From Bacteroidota bacterium (GTDB lineage: Bacteria > Bacteroidota > Bacteroidia > UKL13-3): a DNA stretch of 64,000 nt. Below are positions 27,398 to 37,205 of the stretch, piece after piece. Positions within the stretch are counted from its first letter, which is position 1. Each line of letters begins with the position of its first letter. The position numbers and the translations under genes are program-made. A model generated the notes under the pieces. That model ran no database searches. It saw only the letters and a program-made list of their open reading frames with translations, and was not told the origin of the DNA. The stretch spans positions 66,732-130,731 of the forward strand of contig JAIXWW010000021.1 in NCBI GenBank assembly GCA_027491085.1. The letters run 5' to 3'.

Positions 27398-27991
27398 ATT
27401 AAATTCATTCCAACTGTCCCAACTCCTAATAGCAAAACCTATAAATACTGATTGAGGCAAATGATCATAAGCAACATTCAACATTAATCGGCCAGTTATT
27501 GGAATAAATGTCCCAACAGTAAAAGTAGGTAATATTTCATCTTCTCGCTTGTCCTCAATCCAAAATTTATCACCAGTTCCTTGTTCCGAATATTCCCTGT
27601 AAATACGTTTTCTGGTTATTCCTACACCACCGTAAATCGGCCATTTAGGGCGAATTGCTATTGCAATTGATGGTACAATGAAGAAAGAATAGGTTTTACT
27701 ATACTTTTCTGTAAATAAGTTATTGTCTTTAACATATTGGTAATCTTCTTGTTTTCCAGGGGTACCATCTTGTTTTGGAGATAAGAAATCTTTTATGCCA
27801 AAACGATAACTTAAGGCAAATCCTAAATTTTTATGAAATATGTGATTTCCTCCAACCATTAATTGGTCGTAGGGTAATGCTTGCATACCAAAAGCATTGT
27901 AGTTAATTGTATTTTTCAACTTAACTCGTTGAGCAAAAATCAACGTAGAATTAATTAAAAGAAATAATAATAGTGTATTTTTTTTCATCAA
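27395..27991 (-). CDS. Hypothetical secreted/outer-membrane protein
   Basis: 198 aa. It has a signal peptide (LLINSTLIFAQ) and alternating beta-strand-like sequence. Confidence 0.5.
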   Translation of the reverse strand: MMKKNTLLLFLLINSTLIFAQRVKLKNTINYNAFGMQALPYDQLMVGGNHIFHKNLGFALSYRFGIKDFLSPKQDGTPGKQEDYQYVKDNNLFTEKYSKTYSFFIVPSIAIAIRPKWPIYGGVGITRKRIYREYSEQGTGDKFWIEDKREDEILPTFTVGTFIPITGRLMLNVAYDHLPQSVFIGFAIRSWDSWNEFN

Positions 27992-28041
27992 TGCGATAAT
28001 AAATTTTTTTTGCGAAAAATAACATCTTTAATTTGCAGCCA

Positions 28042-28719
28042 ATGCGCGTTGATATAATTACTTTACACCCAGCACTAATTGAAGAATCATTTAAACACTC
28101 AATGATGAAAAGAGCTCAACAAAGAAATTTGGTTGAAATCCACTTACATAATTTGCGAGATTTTGGTTTTGGAAAACATAAACAAGCTGATGATTATGCA
28201 TTTGGAGGAGGAGCAGGCATGGTAATGATGATAGAGCCAATTGATAATTGTATTGAAAAACTTAAAAAGGAAAGAATTTATGATGAGATAATTTACATGA
28301 GTCCAGATGGGGATGAATTCTGCCAACCCATGGCTAATAAATTATCTAGTTTGAAAAATATAATAATTCTTTGTGGGCATTATAAAGGGATTGATGAACG
28401 TGTAAGAGAATATTTGGTTACTAAAGAAATTTCTATTGGTAATTATGTATTAACCGGAGGTGAACTAGCTGCTGCAGTTGTTATTGACGCAATTGTAAGG
28501 TTAATTCCAGGTGTTTTGAATGATGCACAATCAGCCTTAAGTGATTCTTTTCAAGATAACTTAATAAGTCCTCCTGTTTACACTAAGCCATTTGAATACA
28601 AAGGATGGACAGTACCTGAAATATTATTAAGTGGTCACCAAGCAAAAATTGAAGCATGGAAAATGGAGCAATCCATTGAAAGAACCAAGCATCGTAGACC
28701 TAATTTACTAAAAGACTGA
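28042..28719 (+). CDS. trmD: tRNA (guanine37-N1)-methyltransferase
   Basis: [34 protein letters not shown], and [10 protein letters not shown]. The ATG at 28042 is preferred over the TTG at 28033. Confidence 0.9.
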   Translation: MRVDIITLHPALIEESFKHSMMKRAQQRNLVEIHLHNLRDFGFGKHKQADDYAFGGGAGMVMMIEPIDNCIEKLKKERIYDEIIYMSPDGDEFCQPMANKLSSLKNIIILCGHYKGIDERVREYLVTKEISIGNYVLTGGELAAAVVIDAIVRLIPGVLNDAQSALSDSFQDNLISPPVYTKPFEYKGWTVPEILLSGHQAKIEAWKMEQSIERTKHRRPNLLKD

Positions 28720-28764
28720 TAGTTGAGAAAGCAAGAAAAAAAATATTAAATCTTTTAAAAAATA

Positions 28765-28795
28765 TTTGGAATTATATAAAATAGTCGTACTTTCG
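28765..28795 (+). promoter_or_regulatory. Putative promoter for rplS
   Basis: TTTG at 28765-68, then 19 nt, then TACTTTCG at 28788-95. The TACTTTCGCAG string is the same as upstream of tRNA-Ser. Confidence 0.45.
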
Positions 28796-28822
28796 CAGTC
28801 CAATTTTTTGACCATTATAGTT

Positions 28823-29179
28823 ATGAATTTTACAGAAGCAATAAAATTAGTTGAATCAGAATTTACAACAGGAAAAACATTTCCTACATTCAAAGCTGGT
28901 GACACTATTAATGTATATTACAAAATTAGAGAAGGCGCTAAAGAGCGTATTCAGCAATATCAAGGCGTTTGTTTACAACGCAGAAATGCTAGCATAGCAG
29001 AAACTTTTACAGTTCGTAAAATTTCTAATGGCGTTGGTGTTGAACGTATTTTCCCTTTATACAGCTTAAATATTGACAAAATAGAGGTGGTCAGCCGCGG
29101 AAAAGTTCGCAGGGCTCGTTTGTTCTACTTACGCGCTTTAACTGGTAAAGCTGCCAAAATTAAAGAAAAAAGAGGTTAG
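28823..29179 (+). CDS. rplS: 50S ribosomal protein L19
   Basis: From the internal ATG it reads [14 protein letters not shown]...[33 protein letters not shown]...TFTVRK...[10 protein letters not shown]. Confidence 0.9.
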   Translation: MNFTEAIKLVESEFTTGKTFPTFKAGDTINVYYKIREGAKERIQQYQGVCLQRRNASIAETFTVRKISNGVGVERIFPLYSLNIDKIEVVSRGKVRRARLFYLRALTGKAAKIKEKRG

Positions 29180-29198
29180 TTTTTTCATAGTTAAATTG

Positions 29199-29234
29199 AA
29201 AGCCCTGATTCAGCAATGGATTGGGGTTTTTTTT
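29199..29234 (+). terminator. Probable rho-independent terminator after rplS
   Basis: agccctgatt...gattgggg forms a stem with G-U pairs and is followed by T8. Confidence 0.5.
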
Positions 29235-29287
29235 AATTACGAAATCCAATTAAAAAACTCAAATCATATAATTATAGAGAAAAAATT

Positions 29288-29882
29288 GAACCACATAGAA
29301 ACATAGACCACATAGTTTTTTGCAGTTTTTTATCCTATGTATTTATCTATTACAAATGATTTACGAAAAATATTCTAAAAAGTATCTTGATGATTTAACC
29401 TATGAAATTATAGGAGCAGCCATTGAAGTACATAAAGTTTTAGGGCCCGGATTATTAGAAAGTGTTTATCATCAGTGTTTAATTCATGAGTTAACTTTAA
29501 GAAAAATTCCCTTTAAAACAGAGGCAATTATTCCAATTGAATATAAAGATTTTGAACTTGAAACAAGTTTACGTTGTGATTTATATATTGATGATATTTT
29601 TGTGATTGAATTAAAAGCTATTGAATCCGTCTTACCAATACATGAAGCACAATTATTAACATACATGAAATTGCTTAAAGCACCCAAAGGTTTGATTTTA
29701 AACTTTAATGTGTTGAACATATTTAAAGAAGGTCAGAAAACTTTTGTAAATGAAATTTACAGAAACCTACCTGAATTGTAAAAATAATAATGCTAAGTAA
29801 TCAATGTTTCTATTAGGCTAAAAAATTCAATGAGTAATATAAAACAGATGAAATCTATGTTTTCTATGTTTCTATGTGGTTC
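29288..29882. mobile_element. Inverted-repeat-bounded cassette carrying only a GxxExxY gene (candidate small mobile or selfish element)
   Basis: gaaccacatagaaacatag at 29288-29306 is the perfect reverse complement of 29864-29882. The match extends to about 28 bp with 2 mismatches. Each arm consists of three (a/c)(a/c)acatag units. AAAAAATT occurs just outside both ends, at 29280-87 and within 29883-92. Confidence 0.45.
29356..29781 (+). CDS. GxxExxY protein (PD-(D/E)xK nuclease-like, PDDEXK_3 type)
   Basis: TYEIIGAAIEVHKVLGPGLLESVYHQCL contains G-L-L-E-S-V-Y. The downstream DLYIDDIFVIELKA matches D...E-x-K. The start at MIYEKYSK is preferred. Confidence 0.8.
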   Translation: MIYEKYSKKYLDDLTYEIIGAAIEVHKVLGPGLLESVYHQCLIHELTLRKIPFKTEAIIPIEYKDFELETSLRCDLYIDDIFVIELKAIESVLPIHEAQLLTYMKLLKAPKGLILNFNVLNIFKEGQKTFVNEIYRNLPEL

Positions 29883-30005
29883 AAAAAAAATTAACAAGTA
29901 GTAAAAAGATTCTTAGTATATAGTTCTGAGTGGTTCAGAAAAAATTGTGCATTTCAGTAATTAATTACATTATTTTATTCTACAATATTTAACTTCCCAA
30001 AGTTT

Positions 30006-32687
30006 ATGACAAAAGAAATTTCAAAAACATATTCACCACAATCTATTGAAGATAAGTGGTATAGCTACTGGTTAAGCAACAAATATTTTCATGCAAAACC
30101 TGATGAACGTGAACCATATAGCATTGTAATTCCTCCCCCAAATGTTACGGGCGTATTACACATGGGGCATATGTTAAATAATACTATTCAAGATGTATTG
30201 ACCCGTAGGGCAAGAATGCAAGGTAAAAACGCCTGCTGGGTACCTGGAACCGACCATGCGAGTATTGCCACGGAAGCCAAAGTAGTTCAAATGTTGCGTG
30301 AGCGTGGTATCAAAAAATCGGATTTAAGTAGAGAAGATTTCTTGAAATATGCTTGGGAATGGAAAGAAAAATATGGTGGAATTATTTTAGAACAATTAAA
30401 AAAATTAGGTGCGAGTTGTGATTGGGATAGAACCCGATTTACGATGGAACCTAGTTTAAGTGAAGCCGTTATTGATGTTTTTATTGACCTATACAACAAG
30501 GGCCTAATATACCGTGAACTTAGGATGGTAAATTGGGATCCTTTAGGAAAAACAGCCTTGAGCGATGAAGAAGTTATTTTTAAAGATGTAAATAGTAAAC
30601 TTTATTATATAAAATACCATTTAACTGAAAATTCGAAAATTGAAATTCAAAATTCGAATTTAGATATTAGTATTTCGGATTTTGTAGTTATAGCAACTAC
30701 TCGTCCTGAAACTATTTTGGCCGATGCGGCAATTTGTGTAAATCCGAACGATGAACGTTTTAAACATTTAATTGGCAAAAAAGCCTTAGTTCCTTTTATT
30801 AATCGTGAAATTGAAATTATTGCTGATGAATATGTGGCCATGGATTTTGGTACAGGTTGCTTAAAAGTTACACCTGCTCACGATAAAAACGACTATGATT
30901 TAGGAAAAAAACATGGTTTAGAAGTAATTGATATTTTAACAGAAGAAGGTTTTTTAAATGAAAAAGCGCAAGATGAACGCTATATAGGTAAAGACAGATT
31001 TGCGGTTAGAAAGCAAATTGCCATTGATTTAGAAGAAGCTGGATTTATTGAAAAAATAGAAGAATATAAGAACCAAGTTGGTACTAGCGAGAGAACAGGC
31101 GCAGTTATTGAACCACGTTTAACACTTCAGTGGTGGGTTGATATGAAAAAGTTTTTGGCTAAAAACCCTCAAGTGTTAGATGCGGTAATGAACGATGAAA
31201 TTAAGTTTCATCCTGTCAACATGAAGAACACTTACAAGCATTGGATTGACAATATTAAGGATTGGTGTATCAGTCGCCAACTTTGGTGGGGACAACAAAT
31301 TCCTGCATGGTACAGCGAGGATGGAAATTTTGTAGTTGCTAAAACTGAAGTTGAAGCTATCGAGAAATTTAAAATTCAACATCCAACATCCAACATTCAA
31401 CATCTAAAACAAGACGAAGATGTATTGGATACTTGGTTTAGTTCATGGCTTTGGCCAATCAGTGTTTTCGATGGTTTTAAAGAAGAAGGCAAAGAAGATA
31501 TTAAATATTTTTATCCTACAAACGATTTAGTTACTGCTCCGGAAATTATGTTCTTTTGGGTTGCTAGAATGATCATGGCTGGTTATGAATGGATGGGTCA
31601 AAAACCTTTTAGTAATGTTTATTATACCGGAATTGTACGTGATAAGCAACGCAGAAAGATGAGTAAATCTTTAGGTAATTCACCTGATCCTTTAGATTTA
31701 ATTACTCAATATGGTGCTGATGGTGTTCGTATGGGAATGCTTATTTGTAGCCCTGCGGGCAATGATATTTTATTTGACGAAAGCCAAGTAGAACAAGGTA
31801 GAAATTTTGCGAATAAAATTTGGAATGCATTCCGTTTGGTTAAAGGTTTAACCATTAAACCTGACGCTGAATTTGCGGCCGATTTATTGGCAAGTAATAA
31901 AATTTCGGAAAAATGGTTTGATGCTAGGTTCAATATTGCTTTAGCAGAAATAGAAGAAAAATGTAAAGATTATAAATTAAGTGAAGCCTTAATGATGATT
32001 TACAAACTGATTTGGGACGATTACTGTGCATGGTATTTAGAAATGATAAAACCAGTTTATGGTGAAGCATTGAACCAAAGCACTTATGACCAAACCGTAA
32101 TTTTCTTCGAAAAATTGATGTTGGTTCTACATCCGTTTATGCCGTTTATTACCGAGGAAATTTGGCAAGAAATAACTGAAAGAAAAGAAGGAGAGAGTAT
32201 TTGTGTTGCATCATATCCTGCTGTAGAGACGTATAATTATACTTCATTACAAAACACATTTGAAACCATTTCTAAAATACGCGAGCTTCGCAATAATAAA
32301 GGCATTAGTCCAAAGGAAGCATTTGAAATTGTTATCAAAACATCGCAAATTGAATTATACGAACCGTATCAGTTTTTAATTAAAAAATTGGCCAATGTTT
32401 CGAGCATATTATTCAATGAAGAAGCTCCTAATTATGTTTCCTTATCAGTTTCTACCGATCAAGTTTTTGTTAAATTAAATATTGAAATAGATGCTGTAGC
32501 TGAAGCTGAAAAAATTAATAAAGAAATTGAATACTTAATTGGCTTTATGGCAAGTGTAGATGTAAAATTAAGTAACGAAAAGTTTGTAGCCAATGCCAAA
32601 CCTGAATTAGTGGAAAAAGAACGCCAAAAGAAAGATGATGCTTTAGCAAAAATAGAAGTGTTAAAGCAAAGTTTAGCAGGATTGTAA
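30006..32687 (+). CDS. valS: Valine--tRNA ligase
   Basis: 893 aa. Motifs are the HIGH motif PPPNVTGVLHMGH, TTRPETILAD, QDEDVLDTWFSSW, and the KMSKS motif. A C-terminal coiled coil follows. Confidence 0.95.
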   Translation: MTKEISKTYSPQSIEDKWYSYWLSNKYFHAKPDEREPYSIVIPPPNVTGVLHMGHMLNNTIQDVLTRRARMQGKNACWVPGTDHASIATEAKVVQMLRERGIKKSDLSREDFLKYAWEWKEKYGGIILEQLKKLGASCDWDRTRFTMEPSLSEAVIDVFIDLYNKGLIYRELRMVNWDPLGKTALSDEEVIFKDVNSKLYYIKYHLTENSKIEIQNSNLDISISDFVVIATTRPETILADAAICVNPNDERFKHLIGKKALVPFINREIEIIADEYVAMDFGTGCLKVTPAHDKNDYDLGKKHGLEVIDILTEEGFLNEKAQDERYIGKDRFAVRKQIAIDLEEAGFIEKIEEYKNQVGTSERTGAVIEPRLTLQWWVDMKKFLAKNPQVLDAVMNDEIKFHPVNMKNTYKHWIDNIKDWCISRQLWWGQQIPAWYSEDGNFVVAKTEVEAIEKFKIQHPTSNIQHLKQDEDVLDTWFSSWLWPISVFDGFKEEGKEDIKYFYPTNDLVTAPEIMFFWVARMIMAGYEWMGQKPFSNVYYTGIVRDKQRRKMSKSLGNSPDPLDLITQYGADGVRMGMLICSPAGNDILFDESQVEQGRNFANKIWNAFRLVKGLTIKPDAEFAADLLASNKISEKWFDARFNIALAEIEEKCKDYKLSEALMMIYKLIWDDYCAWYLEMIKPVYGEALNQSTYDQTVIFFEKLMLVLHPFMPFITEEIWQEITERKEGESICVASYPAVETYNYTSLQNTFETISKIRELRNNKGISPKEAFEIVIKTSQIELYEPYQFLIKKLANVSSILFNEEAPNYVSLSVSTDQVFVKLNIEIDAVAEAEKINKEIEYLIGFMASVDVKLSNEKFVANAKPELVEKERQKKDDALAKIEVLKQSLAGL

Positions 32688-32690
32688 TTA

Positions 32691-32729
32691 CATAGACTTT
32701 ATAGGCTTTTAAAACTTATCAGGTCTATA
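32691..32729. repeat. Second copy of the agac...caggtct hairpin element
   Basis: catagactttataggcttttaaaacttatcaggtctatag; compare 2938-2969. Confidence 0.6.
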
Positions 32730-32741
32730 GTGTGAGAACAA

Positions 32742-32779
32742 AATCAATTTCCGTTGCTTTTAAGCAACGGAAATTGATT
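32742..32779 (+). terminator. Long perfect hairpin downstream of valS (possible terminator, no T-tract)
   Basis: aatcaatttccgttgctt / aagcaacggaaattgatt forms a stem of about 17 bp. Confidence 0.45.
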
Positions 32780-32976
32780 AAAACAATATTTAGCTAGTTA
32801 GTAAATTGAATTGTTTTACCTTTTTCATTAAAGTTAATTACAGGACATTACATTTTTGATACAAATAATAAGGCTAATTGATAATAAAATATTTAAGCGC
32901 ATTATAAAATTAGAAATAAAAAATTATTTTTGATTATTTGATAGATTAATCATTTAAAATTATAATTAAGCAAAAT

Positions 32977-33345
32977 ATGAAAAAAGAGAAAATTATTTTT
33001 TGGTCAACAACAGGCTTCCTGTTTTTATTTGAAGGGGTTATGCCCGCACTAACTGGTCATACAGAAATGGCAAAAGAAGGCATCAGGCATTTAGGTTATC
33101 CAGAATATTTTGGACCAATTTTGAATATTTTTAAGGTGATAGGCTCACTTTTGTTAATTATTCCTAAAGTTCCAAGTAGATTAAAGGAATGGTCTTATGC
33201 GGGTTTTGGATTTGATTTTATTTTTGTAGCCGCTAGTATTATTGCTGTAGATGGATTAGTAGGAATTGCCTTTCTTCCATTTATTGCAATGGCATTCTTA
33301 GTGGCATCATATATTACATACCATAAATTACAAAATATTAAATAG
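32977..33345 (+). CDS. DoxX-like family membrane protein
   Basis: 122 aa with four hydrophobic helices. The family assignment is by overall pattern only. Confidence 0.5.
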   Translation: MKKEKIIFWSTTGFLFLFEGVMPALTGHTEMAKEGIRHLGYPEYFGPILNIFKVIGSLLLIIPKVPSRLKEWSYAGFGFDFIFVAASIIAVDGLVGIAFLPFIAMAFLVASYITYHKLQNIK

Positions 33346-33346
33346 T

Positions 33347-33874
33347 ATGTTACAGATTATTCTTTATATTTTTATAGGAATTATTGCTTTAATTCTGATA
33401 GCTGCGGCATTCATGAAAAAGGAATATTCTATCTCAGCTTCTATTGTAATTAATAAGCCACAAATTGAGGTATTTAATTATATTAAATTTTTAAAAAATC
33501 AAGAAAAGTATAGCAAATGGGTTATGGCAGATCCTAATGTTATGATGACTTACACAGGAAAAGATGGAGAGGTTGGCTTTAAGGCTGCATGGGTAAGTAA
33601 AGATAAAAACGTGGGAGTGGGGGAGCAGGAAATTATTGAAATTATTGAAGGTAAAGGTTATAAGGTAGAAATTAGATTCGAAAAACCTTTTAAGGGAATA
33701 AGTTATGCAAATAATCTTACTGAAAGTATAGGAAATAACCAAACAAAAATAACTACTGTTTTTGATACTAAAACACCGTTTCCCATGAATTTAATGGTAC
33801 CCATAATTACTAAAATGCTTACAAAAGACATGAATGAGAATCTTACTAATTTGAAAAAAAATTTAGAGGTTTAA
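33347..33874 (+). CDS. SRPBCC family protein with an N-terminal membrane anchor
   Basis: 175 aa. It starts 1 nt after the upstream stop, and its architecture parallels the gene at 15653..16183. Confidence 0.5.
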   Translation: MLQIILYIFIGIIALILIAAAFMKKEYSISASIVINKPQIEVFNYIKFLKNQEKYSKWVMADPNVMMTYTGKDGEVGFKAAWVSKDKNVGVGEQEIIEIIEGKGYKVEIRFEKPFKGISYANNLTESIGNNQTKITTVFDTKTPFPMNLMVPIITKMLTKDMNENLTNLKKNLEV

Positions 33875-33903
33875 CTTTTCTTATATTTTAAAGAATTAAT
33901 TTG

Positions 33904-33940
33904 AAAAAGCGCTGTTCATAAAATTGAATAGCGCTTTTTT
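33904..33940 (+). terminator. Rho-independent terminator
   Basis: aaaagcgc-tgttcataaaattgaata-gcgctttttt. Confidence 0.7.
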
Positions 33941-34250
33941 ATTTATATCAATGTTTTTATAAGGTATCATTTTTTGTTCGAGTAAATATTTTCAATCCTT
34001 ATATTTTACCAAGTGTAATATTTCGTTTGATACTTTTCTGCCTTGAGTAAATTGAAATTAGGGGTTTCATTTTTACAAGTAATAGTTTCAATTGTTGTAA
34101 TTCAGTTTTTAATTTTAAAAATAACAACCTTAATTTTTACCATTTAAGATTAATTTTTTACCCCTAATGTATCATTTTATTTTTTAAGTAACTTATTGAA
34201 AATCAACTGCGTAAAAGGTTCATAATTTTTAAAATATCAAACATAATATT

Positions 34251-34865
34251 ATGAAAAACTTATTATTCATTGCAGTACTTTTTATTTCAGGTTTAGTTAG
34301 AGCCTCAGAAATAAATCACCAATTTACACCTAACAAAAAAATTATTACCAAAGTAAATGTAGCCGTGTATTTTGTTACTCAAAACCCTGAAAATTACGAT
34401 TGGGTAAAATGGGATTTTGGTGATGGACAGATAGAATATTCAATTAATCCTGCACATAAATATGCTAAATCAGGAATTTATGATGTAAAAATGATTGTAT
34501 CCAAAGGTGCTCAGGTAGATACTATTTGTAAAATAGGCATGATAACAGTAATACCTAATACCAATACTTTAGAACAGGGAGATTATGCTTACGATTTAGA
34601 CTTAAGCCAAGAAACTTTATTAAATAAACAAGCTGCCGATATTAGTAACGACCTTGATAATAACTTACTAAGAATAGCTAATTATAACAATGATAATGGA
34701 CACGTAGAAATTCGAAATATCAATGGCGATTTAGTTTATCATACCATTTTGGAAAGTAACGAAGAAATTAAAAACATTGAAACTAACATTTTAAATAGTG
34801 GTACGTACATAGTTTATTTAACATTAAAAAACAAAACTATAGTAGCTAAATATTGTAAACCATAA
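34251..34865 (+). CDS. PKD domain protein with a probable T9SS C-terminal domain
   Basis: 204 aa with a signal peptide. It has a PKD signature (WDFGDGQIEYSINPAHKYAKSGIYDVKMIV) and the C-terminus GTYIVYLTLKNKTIVAKYCKP. Confidence 0.6.
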   Translation: MKNLLFIAVLFISGLVRASEINHQFTPNKKIITKVNVAVYFVTQNPENYDWVKWDFGDGQIEYSINPAHKYAKSGIYDVKMIVSKGAQVDTICKIGMITVIPNTNTLEQGDYAYDLDLSQETLLNKQAADISNDLDNNLLRIANYNNDNGHVEIRNINGDLVYHTILESNEEIKNIETNILNSGTYIVYLTLKNKTIVAKYCKP

Positions 34866-34880
34866 AAGAAATGTTACTAT

Positions 34881-34917
34881 AAAAAGCCCAATTGAATCGC
34901 TTCAATTGGGCTTTTTT
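34881..34917. terminator. Bidirectional rho-independent terminator between convergent genes
   Basis: aaaaagcccaattgaa-tcgc-ttcaattgggctttttt. Confidence 0.85.
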
Positions 34918-34935
34918 ATGGTTTTAGCATCTAAA

Positions 34936-35997
34936 TTACAATTTAGTAATCCAACCAAATTTATCTTCAACTTTTGATGTTTGAATTTCGCCCAAGGTGT
35001 CATATAGCCAATTTGATACTTTTCTTCCTTCTGCAGGAGGTAGCTCAAATCGTTCGTTTTTATAGGCAATAGTTTCAATTTTAGCAATTAATGCAGCGGT
35101 ACCAGTTCCAAATGCATCTAGCAATTTACCTGCTCTTGCAGCAGTAGCTATTTCTTCAATATTTATATGTCGTTCTTCAACATTGTAATTTGCATCACGT
35201 AATAATTTTATACAACTATCGCGTGTTACACCTTTTAGAATATTTCCATCTAATGCAGGAGTTAAAACGGTATAATCATCCATTACAAAAAACAAATTCG
35301 TTGTGCCTGATTCTTCTACATATTTATGTTCGCGTCCATCGGTCCAAATGATTTGATCAAAACCTTCTTTTTTTGCCTCCATTGTTGGACGCATACTAAT
35401 TCCATAATTTCCTGCGGCTTTAGCAGCTCCAGCCATGCCATCAAATGCACGTGTATATTTTTCTTCTACTTTTACTTTTATTGGTTTTGGATAATAGCTA
35501 TTTACTGGGCAACAAAATATAATAAAGGTGTAATTATTACTTGGTCTCACACCTACAAAATCATCAGTAGCAAACATAAAAGGACGCAAGTACAATGCAC
35601 TGCCAACTTTGGTTGGAATCCAAACTTGATCCATTTTTACCAATTCTGATAAACCGGTCATAAATAATGCTTCAGGAATAGTAGGCATTCCCATTCTCTC
35701 TGCCGAAAGGTTAAAACGCTCAAAATTGGCTAATGGACGAAAAAGTTGAGGTCTTCCATTTTCATCTTTAAAAGCTTTCATGCCTTCAAAAATTGCCTGA
35801 CCATAATGTAAACTAGATAAAGCAGGAGAAAAATTAATATTTCCGTAAGGTAAAATTTCGCCAGTTTTCCATGCACCGTCCTCATAATCAACTCTAAACA
35901 TGTGGTCGGAGAAAATTTTTCCAAATTCAATGTTATTAAAATCACAAAGATTGATTCTTGATTGAGTGTTTTTGTTAATTTTGATGCTTATTGTCAT
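34936..35997 (-). CDS. ilvE: Branched-chain amino acid aminotransferase
   Basis: 353 aa. Motifs are LHYGQAIFEGMKAF, YLRPF, AAKAAGNY and EESGTTNLFFV. Confidence 0.9.
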   Translation of the reverse strand: MTISIKINKNTQSRINLCDFNNIEFGKIFSDHMFRVDYEDGAWKTGEILPYGNINFSPALSSLHYGQAIFEGMKAFKDENGRPQLFRPLANFERFNLSAERMGMPTIPEALFMTGLSELVKMDQVWIPTKVGSALYLRPFMFATDDFVGVRPSNNYTFIIFCCPVNSYYPKPIKVKVEEKYTRAFDGMAGAAKAAGNYGISMRPTMEAKKEGFDQIIWTDGREHKYVEESGTTNLFFVMDDYTVLTPALDGNILKGVTRDSCIKLLRDANYNVEERHINIEEIATAARAGKLLDAFGTGTAALIAKIETIAYKNERFELPPAEGRKVSNWLYDTLGEIQTSKVEDKFGWITKL

Positions 35998-36016
35998 CTG
36001 TAATTTAATTTAAAAA

Positions 36017-36487
36017 ATGAGTGAATTTTTAAAAGTTGAAAATCCATTTATCGAAACTCTGTTCGATGAATTTTTCGCGGTCAAAGAAAAACAAAATTCT
36101 ATACAATACAAGTTTACCGGAACTAACGAGCAACGCTTTGTTTTATTGATAGATAAAGTGCTAAATGATAATGAAATGAATTTACTGAATAATATCATTC
36201 AGGCTGGTTTGAAACTTAATTTGGAAGAAATGGCACTCTTAAACATGAATCAACAAGAAGAAGGTGCCAGTATTAGCAACTTAATTATTGGGTTAAAACC
36301 CTTAAAAATAATTGTTTGGGGCTGTAATGATTGGATAAAAAAAGAAGGTTGGGATATTCCTTTACATCAAATAGCAAATGTGCGTAGTACAAAAATTTTA
36401 AAAGCAGATGAGTTAATCAGTTATGAAAATAATAAAGATTTAAAACTGCAACTTTGGAACTTGGGAATTAAAAAAATGATAGGATAA
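36017..36487 (+). CDS. Hypothetical protein
   Basis: 156 aa. It shares 1 nt with the rdgB start (TAATG). No motif was recognised. Confidence 0.5.
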   Translation: MSEFLKVENPFIETLFDEFFAVKEKQNSIQYKFTGTNEQRFVLLIDKVLNDNEMNLLNNIIQAGLKLNLEEMALLNMNQQEEGASISNLIIGLKPLKIIVWGCNDWIKKEGWDIPLHQIANVRSTKILKADELISYENNKDLKLQLWNLGIKKMIG

Positions 36488-37065
36488 TGGAGTTAATATT
36501 TGCTAGCCATAACGAAAATAAAGTAACAGAAATTGCAGCTTTAATAGGAAGCGGTTACTCTGTTAAATCATTATCTGCAATTGGTTTTAATAATGAAATA
36601 GTTGAAAATGGAAGTACTTTAACTGAAAATGCATTGATAAAAGCTAGGACTATATACCAAGCAACCAATAAAAATTGTTTTGCAGACGATACAGGTTTGT
36701 TGGTAGAAGCACTTAATAACGAACCTGGAGTATTTAGTGCACGTTATGCTGGAAACCAAAAAAATGATCATGATAACATGAATTTGTTACTTGAGAATTT
36801 GAAAAATAAATCAAATAGAAATGCCAATTTCACAACGGTTATTGCATTAATTATGGATGGCAAGGAATATTTATTTGAAGGGAAATTATTTGGAGAAATT
36901 ATTACTGAAAAAATTGGTTCCAATGGTTTTGGCTATGATCCAATTTTCAAACCTAAAGACTTTAATATTTCTTTGGCTCAAATGGATTTAAATAAAAAAA
37001 ATACCATAAGTCATAGGGCTTTGGCATTTAAAAAAATGATTGACTTTCTGCATAAAATTAAATAA
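36487..37065 (+). CDS. rdgB: Non-canonical purine NTP pyrophosphatase (RdgB/HAM1 family)
   Basis: 192 aa. Motifs are FASHNENKVTEI, FADDTGL, PGVFSARYAG, GFGYDPIF and ISHRA. Confidence 0.85.
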   Translation: MELIFASHNENKVTEIAALIGSGYSVKSLSAIGFNNEIVENGSTLTENALIKARTIYQATNKNCFADDTGLLVEALNNEPGVFSARYAGNQKNDHDNMNLLLENLKNKSNRNANFTTVIALIMDGKEYLFEGKLFGEIITEKIGSNGFGYDPIFKPKDFNISLAQMDLNKKNTISHRALAFKKMIDFLHKIK

Positions 37066-37205
37066 TTAATGTTTTTTGCATATTTGTAAATATTGTGTAT
37101 ATATTTGTTTTACAAAATTTAAAGCTGTTTAAAACTATTGTTATTAGGGGTAGGTCAGAAAGATTAATTAATTAATTTAGTTGAGTTGTTTAATGTCAAT
37201 ATGTT

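Noticed and set aside
28027-28041. tttaatttgcagcc immediately upstream of the trmD ATG, resembling the TACTTTCGCAG promoter string
   Set aside because: It is one base short of TAnnTTTG and lies only about 6 nt from the start codon. That would imply a nearly leaderless mRNA, and the evidence is insufficient.
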